A stretch of DNA of 33,498 nucleotides from a bacterium (GTDB lineage Bacteria > Electryoneota > Electryoneia > Electryoneales > Electryoneaceae): NCBI GenBank assembly GCA_043801585.1, contig JAZDLX010000206.1:1-33498 (forward strand), written 5' to 3'. The notes beneath the pieces were generated by a model. That model was not told the origin of the DNA. It saw only the letters and a list, made by a program, of their open reading frames with translations, and did no database searches. Of the stretch, positions 1 to 8,571 are shown piece after piece. The position numbers and the translations under genes are program-made. How positions within the stretch are numbered: the first letter of the stretch is position 1; the number at the start of each line of letters is the position of its first letter.

Positions 1-398
1 TAGATGGTGGTAATTGGTTTGCGGAAATCGTGAGGAATCCAATCAGAATGCTCGATTGCAGCGCCGGAATCTTCTTCCACATCCCAGAGAACGTTCTTGC
101 CGAACATCCTCGCGACAATCCCCACAGGAACGGTTTCCGGGGGAACCACGAGAACCAGGTCGTGCCCGCCGAAGAGGGCGCGCCAAAAGGCCTGAGGCAA
201 ATCGATGAACCGCTCGATTTTGCTGCGGATGGGTAGGGAATGCACGGTCATGTTGTCCGGGAGACCGTCCGGGGCGTCGCCACGTCCCCATACTTCCACA
301 TCAAAACCCTCTTCGGCCAGTCCCCTTGCCACTTTCATCGTGTGGCGAGGGTGGCCCAACGGATGCACGGTGGACAGGACGAGGACTCGATGCGCCAT
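1..398 (-). CDS. Glycosyltransferase family 4 (GT-B) protein, N-terminal part; runs off the window edge
   Basis: Absent from the ORF track. Manual translation from ATG 398 (GGAG RBS upstream) gives MAHRVLVLSTVHPLGHPRHTMKVARGLAEEGFDVEVWG...KNVLWDVEED..., open to position 1 and typical of a GT4 N-terminal domain. Confidence 0.75.
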   Translation of the reverse strand, partial: MAHRVLVLSTVHPLGHPRHTMKVARGLAEEGFDVEVWGRGDAPDGLPDNMTVHSLPIRSKIERFIDLPQAFWRALFGGHDLVLVVPPETVPVGIVARMFGKNVLWDVEEDSGAAIEHSDWIPHDFRKPITTI

Positions 399-586
399 GG
401 TTGCTCCATTGAAACTGTGAAAGATACAAAGGGAAGGGCGCCGGAGAGGTGTCCGTCTCCCGCTTTGGACAAGCGATGGACAGAGCGGTAGACTGGCAGC
501 GGGTGGCAATCCGTCGGTACCTTGCGGACCGAAGGGCGCCCCCCGAAAAGCGCCCCAAGACTCTATTGGCAGGGCGGGAGAGCCTC

Positions 587-1561
587 ATGGATCGGATACG
601 CGCAGGGGTTGTCGGAGTTGGACGACTGGGTCGTTTCCACGCCCAGAAATACGCAACCAACCCTGGGGCGGAACTCGTGGGAGTGTACGATGCCGACCCG
701 GAGACGGCGGAACGCGTTGCCCGGGAAACAGGCTGCAAGCCGTTCGCCGATTTGGATTCTCTGCTCGGGGAAGTTCAGGCAGTGTCGGTAGCTACGCCCA
801 CGATGATACACCATGATATCGGTTTACAAGTGCTCTCCGCGGGCTGTCACCTGCTGATGGAGAAACCGATCGCCGCCACTTCCCGGGAAGCGAAAGACCT
901 TGTAGAACTTGCAGATAGAAGCGGTTTGATCCTCCAGGTTGGTCACATCGAACGGTTCAATCCGGGTGTTCGAGCGTTGAACGGCATTGATGTCCACCCA
1001 AGCTTTGTCGAAGCTCACCGTCTGGCCCCTTATACTCCCCGTGGAGCCGACGTTTCTGTGATCCATGACTTGATGATTCACGATGTGGATGTACTGCTGC
1101 ACTGGATGGGGAGCGAGGTCGAACGAGTTGATGCCTCGGGGGTTCCCGTGATTACCAGGGTGGTGGATATCGCCAACGCCCGTATCACGTTTTCCGGGCG
1201 GCGGGTGGCTAACCTGACCGCGAGCCGGATATCCCTGAAGCGCATGAGGAAGTTCCGGATGTTCCAGGAGGACGCCTACATCTCGGTCGACTTTGAAAAG
1301 AAACGGGCGGAGATCTACAAACGCGTGCCAGCCGGGACACTCCGTTCGCTTCCGATTCCGGGAGCGGATGACGCCGACCTGCGTATTCTGATCCGGAAAA
1401 CCCGGGCGAAAAAGGACGAGGACGCCCTTGCTCGCGAAGTGGAAGCATTCCTGACCGCTGTCCGGCACGGCCATGCCCCCGAGGTGGGCGGCCGCGAGGC
1501 TACAGTGGCCCTCGAGCTCGTTGAGGAGATTGCCCGGCAGTGCGAAACGGGTACCGCCTGA
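587..1561 (+). CDS. Gfo/Idh/MocA family NAD-dependent oxidoreductase (resembles GnnA-type UDP-GlcNAc 3-dehydrogenases)
   Basis: GVVGVGRLG Rossmann motif, EKPIA, GHIERFNP, DLMIHD, ANLTASRIS; ATG 587 follows GGGAG. Confidence 0.88.
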   Translation: MDRIRAGVVGVGRLGRFHAQKYATNPGAELVGVYDADPETAERVARETGCKPFADLDSLLGEVQAVSVATPTMIHHDIGLQVLSAGCHLLMEKPIAATSREAKDLVELADRSGLILQVGHIERFNPGVRALNGIDVHPSFVEAHRLAPYTPRGADVSVIHDLMIHDVDVLLHWMGSEVERVDASGVPVITRVVDIANARITFSGRRVANLTASRISLKRMRKFRMFQEDAYISVDFEKKRAEIYKRVPAGTLRSLPIPGADDADLRILIRKTRAKKDEDALAREVEAFLTAVRHGHAPEVGGREATVALELVEEIARQCETGTA

Positions 1562-1631
1562 ATGGAGCAGTAGAAAAAAACGCACTTACCCGGAAGTGAG
1601 TTTTTTGTTGGGAATAAAGATGTTTTCCGGG

Positions 1632-2735
1632 TTAATTCCTGAGTCTCTCAAGTATCCGCTGGGCGACAATTGCTGCCCCGTTCGTCTGAAGGTTGACGAA
1701 GTCGAACGGGCGTTTCGCGAACAGAGTGTTCACCGCTTCGTCCCACCGGCCGGCGAGGAAGTCCTCTGTGGGCAATGTGACACTGGGGAGATTTTCCTCG
1801 ACGTATCGCTGAATGATATCGGCTTCGGGGAAGGTTATCCGAGGGACGATCACGACGGCGGTGTCGTTGGCCGCACACTCCGCCACCGTGCTGTATCCCG
1901 GTTTCAAAATGGTCACATCCGCCGCACGGACCAGGTCGCTATAACGGAAGCTGAGCAGCGTCAATTCCCTTTCCGTCAGATAACGGACGTCCGGGTGAAC
2001 ATTGTCAAGCGGTGGTGTCGCGACGAACTGGTATGAACGCATCAAAGCATCGGACGGTGGAACGAGTCCCTTCAATCCCTCTCCACCGAAAGCGATCAGC
2101 ACGACGGGACGGTCGATGCTGAAGCCGAGCTGGCCTTTTGCTTCCGCTTTGCTGAGGCTGGAGCGCCGGGCGATCAGCGGCACCCGTTCAACATTCCTGA
2201 ATGATTCCAACCCGAGCTCCATTCCACCACTGAATATCACCTCGGCATGTGACTGAAAGGCCGAGGCGGCATCCGCAAACCGGTTGTACTCGGGATGTTC
2301 GCCAGCCAGATCCCTCCAGACGCTGTCCCAGGAAAAATTCCCGATCCCGAAGGACGGGATTCCCGCTTGGTGGGCTGCTGCAAAAGCGTGGGGCGGAATA
2401 TCGATCAGCGCAGCGTTGATTCCGTTGGCATGGAGCCATTCCGCCTCCCGCTTGATCAGCAGGTTTCCATCCTTGCCGAAAAAGAAGCGCAGCCGTTGAA
2501 GGCTGGCTTCATGGTCGTGGCGAAGGGAATCGTATTGAACCAGTCCCACATCCATTCGTACGGATTCGTGGGATGTTGGCGGAAACCCAAGGAAGTCCTG
2601 AACCCGCTCGCGGGTGAAAGGCGCACGGACGTGGATAGCCGAACTTGGATGCAAGCGTATGATTTCGCGCACCACCTCCAGGATTCGGGTAAGATGGCCA
2701 TAGCCGTGTCCGCTGGCGTAGACTGCAAATTTCAT
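1632..2735 (-). CDS. GT-B fold glycosyltransferase-like protein (similar to the N-terminal domain of L-arabinokinase)
   Basis: YASGHGYGHLTR, NFSWD, FGGEG and KPGYSTVAEC motifs; start overlaps the sppA stop (ATGA). Confidence 0.7.
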   Translation of the reverse strand: MKFAVYASGHGYGHLTRILEVVREIIRLHPSSAIHVRAPFTRERVQDFLGFPPTSHESVRMDVGLVQYDSLRHDHEASLQRLRFFFGKDGNLLIKREAEWLHANGINAALIDIPPHAFAAAHQAGIPSFGIGNFSWDSVWRDLAGEHPEYNRFADAASAFQSHAEVIFSGGMELGLESFRNVERVPLIARRSSLSKAEAKGQLGFSIDRPVVLIAFGGEGLKGLVPPSDALMRSYQFVATPPLDNVHPDVRYLTERELTLLSFRYSDLVRAADVTILKPGYSTVAECAANDTAVVIVPRITFPEADIIQRYVEENLPSVTLPTEDFLAGRWDEAVNTLFAKRPFDFVNLQTNGAAIVAQRILERLRN

Positions 2736-5236
2736 CGGGTGGTTACGTCCATGCGTTCGAGAGGCGCAAGCATCAGGATTTTTCCACTGTTGTCGTTCTG
2801 CACACCGAGCCGTACGGCGGTCCTCAACGGTTCCGGCAACAGAGTGCCAGAGTACCGCGAAAAGGTCGATCTGAAATTGATCGATGAGGTTCGTGGATAG
2901 ATGACAAGACCAACGGACCTGCTGTCAGGGATTTCTGCGGCATCCCGGGCAATCCGGATCGCATCGAGTATGCCGCCCTGTGCATCGACGAGCCCATGTT
3001 TGATCGCATCTTCGCCGGTCCAGATGCGTCCCCGTCCGAGAGCGTCAACCTCCTGTTTGCTCAAGCCACGTCCACGGGCAACGGTCTCAATAAAATCGTC
3101 GTAGGTTTTGTCCATCGCCTTGCGGAGCAACCGCACCTGCTCATCGTTCCAGGGCGCCAGGCCGCTCATCGCGGCGTTGCGTCCGTGATGGACACCATCG
3201 AGGTGCACGCCAAGAGTATCAAGCAGGCCTGAGATGTTCACTCGGCCGTAAACAACTCCAATCGAACCGGTGATCGTAGTTCGTGTCGCCACGATGCTGG
3301 TTGCCTGGGCGGAGATGTAGTAGCCTCCCGAAGCGGCGAGGTCGGACATGGAAACGATCAGAGGGATGTGCCGCACATCGGGAATCGAGCGATCGACTGT
3401 GCGCTGAACCTCACGCGCGATGGCGTCCGCCGCGACGGACCACCCACCCGGTGAGTCCACTCTCAGCACAATGGCCTTTACGCTACGGTTGCTGCGGGCC
3501 TGGCGAATCGCTTCGACAAGGGTTTCCGAACCGAGTGTGCGTTCGTTCAGCAGGTAATCCCACCGACTCTTTCCGAGATCGATTCTTCCCTCCGCATATA
3601 CAACGGCGATCTTCGGATCGTTCATTGCCGCCCATTCGGAATCAGTCTGCGGAACGAAGGTGTACATCTTCTCACGGACAAACACGGTGGAGATTCCCGC
3701 AGCAAGCTGGCTGGATGCGGTCTTTTCAACCTCGTCCGGGTAGAGAAGGCCATCCAGAAGCCCGTTGCTGACGGCTTCCGGACCGGTCATCAGTGCGCTG
3801 TCGATCCATGCAGATGCCGTAGTCACCGGGACGCTTCGGCCACTGGAGACCGCTTCCACCCAGTCACGGTGCCAGGCGTCCGCGACGGCTTCAAGCTCTT
3901 CACGGGCCTCGTCGGACATCGAGTTGCGAACGAGCGGTTCGGCGGCGGATTTGTATTCACCGACGGTGTAGTATTCCGGTCGCAGGCGAAGTGTGTCGAG
4001 AAGGTCGCGGGCGTAGAGGTTCTCGAACGAGATTCCCGGAATGATCACAACACCCGCAGGATACAGCCACGCGCGATCCGCAGCGGAAGCCAGGTAGGTG
4101 GTGCCCATGCGGTATTCCTGAGCGTAGGTCGCCACCTTGATTCCCGCCTCACGCAGAGCGAGGATCTCGATGCGCAGTTCTTCCAGGTCACTGCGGCCTG
4201 CGCTGAAGTTGTCGAATTCCAGAATTACTCCGGCGACGCCGTCATCAAAACGGATCTGTTCAAGCCGGTCCAGAAGCTCCAGCAGGGATCGACGGTGCGG
4301 GAAGAAAAAGGAAACGGGATCCGGCTCTTCGCCAAGTGGACCTTCGAGGCGAATGTGAACGATCTGTTTGGGCAAGAGCGCATCGAGAAAAGAAGGGACC
4401 CGCTTGGTTGAACTCCGGACCCACACATCACCCGCGTCACGCGAGGAACCGTTGTCCCCGGAGGCAGTGTAGGAGCCCAGTTCGAGGACGCCGCTGGTGA
4501 CCGAAACCCCGGCGAACATCAGCTTGGAATCGACGGCATATCCACCGTGAACGTGAAGACCTTTCAACACTTCCCAGTTTGCGAGGAAGCTTACGTCCGG
4601 ATCGTCGCCATAGTTGGTCCTGGAATCGTGCCAAAGGGTTGCATCCATGGAAAGAGTCAGGCGTGGTCCGAACGGACGCAACGCCATTCCAAGGTGCCAG
4701 GTCGGATCGAGGGCAACGCCGTCAAGGCGTGGTCTTCCCAGATCCGTTACCTGAGCGCTCAGGGAAAACCATTGCGTTGGCCGGGCGATGAATCCGAGAT
4801 CCCACGTATTTCCACGGTCCAGCCCGGTGCTCCAGTGATAGGCGGCGCCGAGGCTGAAGCCGTCTCTGAGCGGAGCGGAAAAACCCCAGCTGTATCTCCG
4901 TTGGGTTTTGGTGGTGTCATGGAACGATTCCCACCCGAAGGCCAGATGTTTCAGGTTGAACGCCGCGCCGAACTGGCGCCCGTCGAAGAGCACATTTTCC
5001 GAACTGCTCGCGGGCCACAGCAGAATCATTCCGCTGGCGCCGTCCAGACCGATTCCAGCGGGGTTCAGCCAGAGCGAAGAGGTCGCGTCCAGGCATGCCC
5101 GTGACGCGATCGGTTCCGGAATCAGCATCCTGCTTGAAGGCGGATTCCTGAAGGTCAGATCCGGTGTTCCAGCGGTGGCCGAGCCGATAAAGAAAAAGGC
5201 GACAAGCAGCGTCGCCATCCACGTCGTACGCATCAA
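2732..5236 (-). CDS. sppA: Signal peptide peptidase SppA (S49, tandem domains) with an extra N-terminal putative beta-barrel domain
   Basis: Sec signal peptide; GEYKSAAEP (catalytic Lys), LRVDSPGG, AASGGY (catalytic Ser), TITGSIGV, GRIWTGEDA. Confidence 0.9.
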   Translation of the reverse strand: MMRTTWMATLLVAFFFIGSATAGTPDLTFRNPPSSRMLIPEPIASRACLDATSSLWLNPAGIGLDGASGMILLWPASSSENVLFDGRQFGAAFNLKHLAFGWESFHDTTKTQRRYSWGFSAPLRDGFSLGAAYHWSTGLDRGNTWDLGFIARPTQWFSLSAQVTDLGRPRLDGVALDPTWHLGMALRPFGPRLTLSMDATLWHDSRTNYGDDPDVSFLANWEVLKGLHVHGGYAVDSKLMFAGVSVTSGVLELGSYTASGDNGSSRDAGDVWVRSSTKRVPSFLDALLPKQIVHIRLEGPLGEEPDPVSFFFPHRRSLLELLDRLEQIRFDDGVAGVILEFDNFSAGRSDLEELRIEILALREAGIKVATYAQEYRMGTTYLASAADRAWLYPAGVVIIPGISFENLYARDLLDTLRLRPEYYTVGEYKSAAEPLVRNSMSDEAREELEAVADAWHRDWVEAVSSGRSVPVTTASAWIDSALMTGPEAVSNGLLDGLLYPDEVEKTASSQLAAGISTVFVREKMYTFVPQTDSEWAAMNDPKIAVVYAEGRIDLGKSRWDYLLNERTLGSETLVEAIRQARSNRSVKAIVLRVDSPGGWSVAADAIAREVQRTVDRSIPDVRHIPLIVSMSDLAASGGYYISAQATSIVATRTTITGSIGVVYGRVNISGLLDTLGVHLDGVHHGRNAAMSGLAPWNDEQVRLLRKAMDKTYDDFIETVARGRGLSKQEVDALGRGRIWTGEDAIKHGLVDAQGGILDAIRIARDAAEIPDSRSVGLVIYPRTSSINFRSTFSRYSGTLLPEPLRTAVRLGVQNDNSGKILMLAPLERMDVTTR

Positions 5237-5343
5237 CTACTCCACAATCATCTTTCTGGTCAGCGGTAAGGTAACATGACCCGATCCAGAACGTAAAGAG
5301 TTTCACAAAGGTTGTGCTCGCGGGGCGTTCGGACGAAAAGAGC

Positions 5344-6264
5344 TCACCTGATACGTTGCCGGGCGATCAACAACGCGAGCAATGCCTGTTCGACAGGAGT
5401 GTCGGTGGTCAACAGGTGATGTTGGACATGGTGTCGGGCGCAACCGTCACGGAGGGTCTCAAGAAAACGGTGCATTTCGCTGCGGTACTCGTTCCCCACC
5501 TGCCAGGGGTTCGCCGACAGTGACTTACCGCTTTCCAATTCGACGAATTTCGACTCACGGTCGAAAGCAAAATCCACTTCACGAGGATCGAGGACCTGGA
5601 GCGCGAGCACTTCATGTCCGTTGTGGCGAAAGTGGTGCAACCCCTCCAACAACGGCTCCGGGTCGTCGAGCAGGTCGGAAATCAGAATCACCAGCCCGCG
5701 ACGTCCAAGGCGTTCGGCGACACGGTGGAGCGCTTCGCCCAGGGAGGTTTCACCGCCTGGTTCGTTGCGCACAAGCGCAGCGAACAGTTCGTCACGCCAG
5801 GTCATTGCGGAACGGGGCTGCATGATTTCACGGGGCGCGGTGTCGAAGGGCGCCAATCCCACGGCATCCCGCTGGGTGAGCAGAAGGTGGATCAATGCAG
5901 CGGCCACGGTGCGGGAGTACTCGGCCTTCGTCACCGTTCCGCCACCCTTGAATCCCATCGATCCGGAGACATCCAGCACGACCATCGCCCGCAGGTTCGT
6001 CTCCTCCTGGTACTGCTTGATGTAGTAGCGGTCCGTTCGGCCGACAACCTTCCAGTCAACGTGGCGAAGTGGATCACCCGGCTGGTACATCCGGTGTTCG
6101 GCGAACTCCACGGAAAAACCGTGGTATGGACTCCGGTGCAAACCCGTCAGAAATCCCTCGACAACCAGCCTTGCGCGAAGTGAAATCGGCTCAAGACGGT
6201 GGACGAGTTCCGGCGAAACGAGTGTGGTCGCTCCGTTCCAGGTTCTTTCGGGAGTGAGGTTCAT
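5344..6264 (-). CDS. DUF58 domain protein (VWA-like MoxR partner)
   Basis: GLHRSPYHGFSVEFAEHRMYQPGD, HVDWK, LDVSGSM, LISDL; overlaps the MoxR gene stop. Confidence 0.93.
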   Translation of the reverse strand: MNLTPERTWNGATTLVSPELVHRLEPISLRARLVVEGFLTGLHRSPYHGFSVEFAEHRMYQPGDPLRHVDWKVVGRTDRYYIKQYQEETNLRAMVVLDVSGSMGFKGGGTVTKAEYSRTVAAALIHLLLTQRDAVGLAPFDTAPREIMQPRSAMTWRDELFAALVRNEPGGETSLGEALHRVAERLGRRGLVILISDLLDDPEPLLEGLHHFRHNGHEVLALQVLDPREVDFAFDRESKFVELESGKSLSANPWQVGNEYRSEMHRFLETLRDGCARHHVQHHLLTTDTPVEQALLALLIARQRIR

Positions 6265-7244
6265 GGCCTGATGTCTTCAAGGAGTCGCTGCACGATCCTG
6301 TCGGCGTCCACCCCATCGGCCTCGGCGCGGAACGTGCGGACGAGGCGGTGACGGATAACGGGGAGCGCCATCGAACGGACATCCTCCACAACTGGAGTGG
6401 GGCGGCCTTCGAGGACCGCTTTTGCCTTGGCGCCGAGGATCATGTACTGGCTTGCGCGCGGACCCGCACCCCAGCGCACCCAATGCTTCACATATTCACG
6501 CGCGTCGCTTTCATCCGGACGGGTTGCACGGGCGAGTGCGACGGCGTGGTCGAGAACGGCGTCGGCCACGGGAACACGCCGCACCAATCCCTGCAGCTCC
6601 ACAATTTCCTCCGCACCGAGCACCATCTCCAGGCTTGGGTCGTCACCCGCCGTCGTCGAGGCGACAATCTCCCGCTCCTCCTCCACGCTCGGATAGAGCA
6701 CCCGGAGGTTGAACATGAAACGGTCGAGCTGTGCTTCGGGAAGAGGGTAGGTTCCTTCCTGCTCGATTGGATTCTGAGTCGCCAGCACAAAAAACGGCGG
6801 TTCAAGCGTAAAGGTTTGACCTGCCGCGGAAACTTCCTGTTCAGCCATCGCCTGCAACAGCGCGGCCTGTGTCTTGGGAGGGGTGCGGTTGATCTCGTCC
6901 GCGAGCACGACTTGGGCGAATAATGGACCGCGAACGAAACGGAATTCCTTCTGTCCCGTAGCACGGTTTTCCTCGATAATTTCCGTTCCCGTGATGTCCG
7001 AAGGCATCAGGTCCGGCGTGAACTGGATGCGGTTAAACGAGAGATTCAGCGCTTTCGCCAGGCTGCGAATGATCTTCGTCTTCGCCAGTCCGGGAACACC
7101 TACGAGGAGAACGTGCCCCTTCGCAAGCAAAGCGACCAGCAGGTGGTCGATCACCTCGTTCTGGCCGATGATCACCCGGCCAATCTGCTCACGTATCTGA
7201 CGTCGTGCTTCAGCAATTCGCTCCAGGGCGGTGCGGTCATCCAT
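6261..7244 (-). CDS. MoxR family AAA+ ATPase
   Basis: Walker A GVPGLAKT, RIQFTPDLMPSDITG, Walker B LADEINRTPPKTQ, TQNPIEQEGTYPLPEAQLDRF. Confidence 0.96.
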   Translation of the reverse strand: MDDRTALERIAEARRQIREQIGRVIIGQNEVIDHLLVALLAKGHVLLVGVPGLAKTKIIRSLAKALNLSFNRIQFTPDLMPSDITGTEIIEENRATGQKEFRFVRGPLFAQVVLADEINRTPPKTQAALLQAMAEQEVSAAGQTFTLEPPFFVLATQNPIEQEGTYPLPEAQLDRFMFNLRVLYPSVEEEREIVASTTAGDDPSLEMVLGAEEIVELQGLVRRVPVADAVLDHAVALARATRPDESDAREYVKHWVRWGAGPRASQYMILGAKAKAVLEGRPTPVVEDVRSMALPVIRHRLVRTFRAEADGVDADRIVQRLLEDIRP

Positions 7245-7466
7245 GGGGGTTCCGTGATCGTGTGGTCGTCGCAGTTCGCCGGGGGTGATCCCCGGCGGAT
7301 CGTTTGTGGCAAGCTATGACGTGGTGGGTGAAGGGGCAACGGAGAGCGGGCAGGCGTAAAGAGACAGAACTCCATCCGCTGAACGTTTTCTCCTCACTGG
7401 AAAGGGAACCGATCCGCCACTTCGGCGTGTTTTCAACAGGAGTCGTAACGGAACGAGGGGATTGTC

Positions 7467-8222
7467 ATGACGCGTCAGAGACGAAGCGCTGAAAAGGGGA
7501 AGAGCAGCCTTACGGAAGCAACGCTAAAAACCAGCCTGCTGCGGGTGATCACCTCCTGGGCGCGGGAAATCGTAGTCATCATCCTGATCGTTACCGTGCT
7601 TCAGGTGGGGCTTGTGCAGGCCTACCATGTGCCTACAGGTTCGATGGAGCCGACGATCATGACAGGAGATTTCCTCATCGCCGACAAGGTGACCCTCGGT
7701 CCCCGCACGCCTCAGTGGATTGGAGTTCCGTACACGAATTTCGGCATGCCTGTTCCGGCGTTCAAATTTCCCGGGTTGCGCAGGGTTCATCACAATGACG
7801 TGGTCGTTGTTGAAGTCCCGGTGGATGAAAAAACGCCTTATGTCAAGCGGGTTGTGGCCGTCGGCGGCCAGACGGTGGAGGTGCACGATAAACAGCTTTA
7901 TGTGGACAGTGAGCGCCAGGAGGAATCCTGGGTGGTGCATTCGGACCCGAACACGTTTGTATCCGGTGTGCATCACTATGGCATCCCCGCCTGGCTTGGA
8001 AACCGGGACAATTGGGGGCCTTACAGGGTGCCCCAAGGGTCTCTTTTCCTGATGGGTGACAACCGCGATGAATCCTTCGACAGCCGCTATTTCGGACCGG
8101 TTAAAGAGAGTGACGTGATCGGGCGAGCGAGGGTGACAACGTTTACGCTGGACCTGAAGAGCGCGGGGAAATCACCCCACGACAGATTCAGCCTCGCCCG
8201 TTTTGGCCGGGTGCTGAACTGA
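7467..8222 (+). CDS. lepB: Signal peptidase I
   Basis: N-terminal TM helix, VPTGSMEPT (Ser), YVKRVV (Lys), GDNRDESFDSR. Confidence 0.95.
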   Translation: MTRQRRSAEKGKSSLTEATLKTSLLRVITSWAREIVVIILIVTVLQVGLVQAYHVPTGSMEPTIMTGDFLIADKVTLGPRTPQWIGVPYTNFGMPVPAFKFPGLRRVHHNDVVVVEVPVDEKTPYVKRVVAVGGQTVEVHDKQLYVDSERQEESWVVHSDPNTFVSGVHHYGIPAWLGNRDNWGPYRVPQGSLFLMGDNRDESFDSRYFGPVKESDVIGRARVTTFTLDLKSAGKSPHDRFSLARFGRVLN

Positions 8223-8267
8223 TTGGAGAGTTACCAATCCAACGGAAGAAATTTGATTAGCAGTGAT

Positions 8268-8376
8268 TCGTCATCCTGAACACCGATCCTTCGGCATGAA
8301 GGATCTTTCGAAGGGAGGCGAACCAGATCGCGAGCGGCTCGCATCGAAAGATGCTTCACTGCGTTCAGCATGACGA
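8268..8376. repeat. REP-like inverted pair (GTCATCCTGAAC family)
   Basis: Arms TCGTCATCCTGAAC..TGAAGGATCTTTCGA and TCGAAAGATGCTTCA..GTTCAGCATGACGA are near reverse complements; related copies near 30494 and 30685. Confidence 0.8.
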
Positions 8377-8468
8377 TATCATGACGTTGCTTCCAGGGCC
8401 AAAATAAAAACTCGGGCTGAAATTTGCGTTTCAGGAGGACCCACGATGCAAACGTAAAGGTGGCCCAA

Positions 8469-8501
8469 AGGGTGGCCCGACTTGCTTGCAAGTCGGGTTT
8501 C
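8469..8501. repeat. REP-like hairpin, copy 1 (AGGGTGGYCCGACTTGCTTGCARGTCGGGTTTC)
   Basis: 33-nt palindromic element with a second copy at 23567-23599 (2 mismatches). Confidence 0.8.
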
Positions 8502-8571
8502 CGGGTTTCATTGAGTGTGACCCGGTCCTGTCCCGCAACGTCGGGATGCCCCGCCAGGGGGCGAAACGGCT

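Noticed and set aside
7405..7430. GGAAC-N16-CGTGT, a possible ECF promoter before lepB
   Set aside because: Too short and degenerate to support without TSS data
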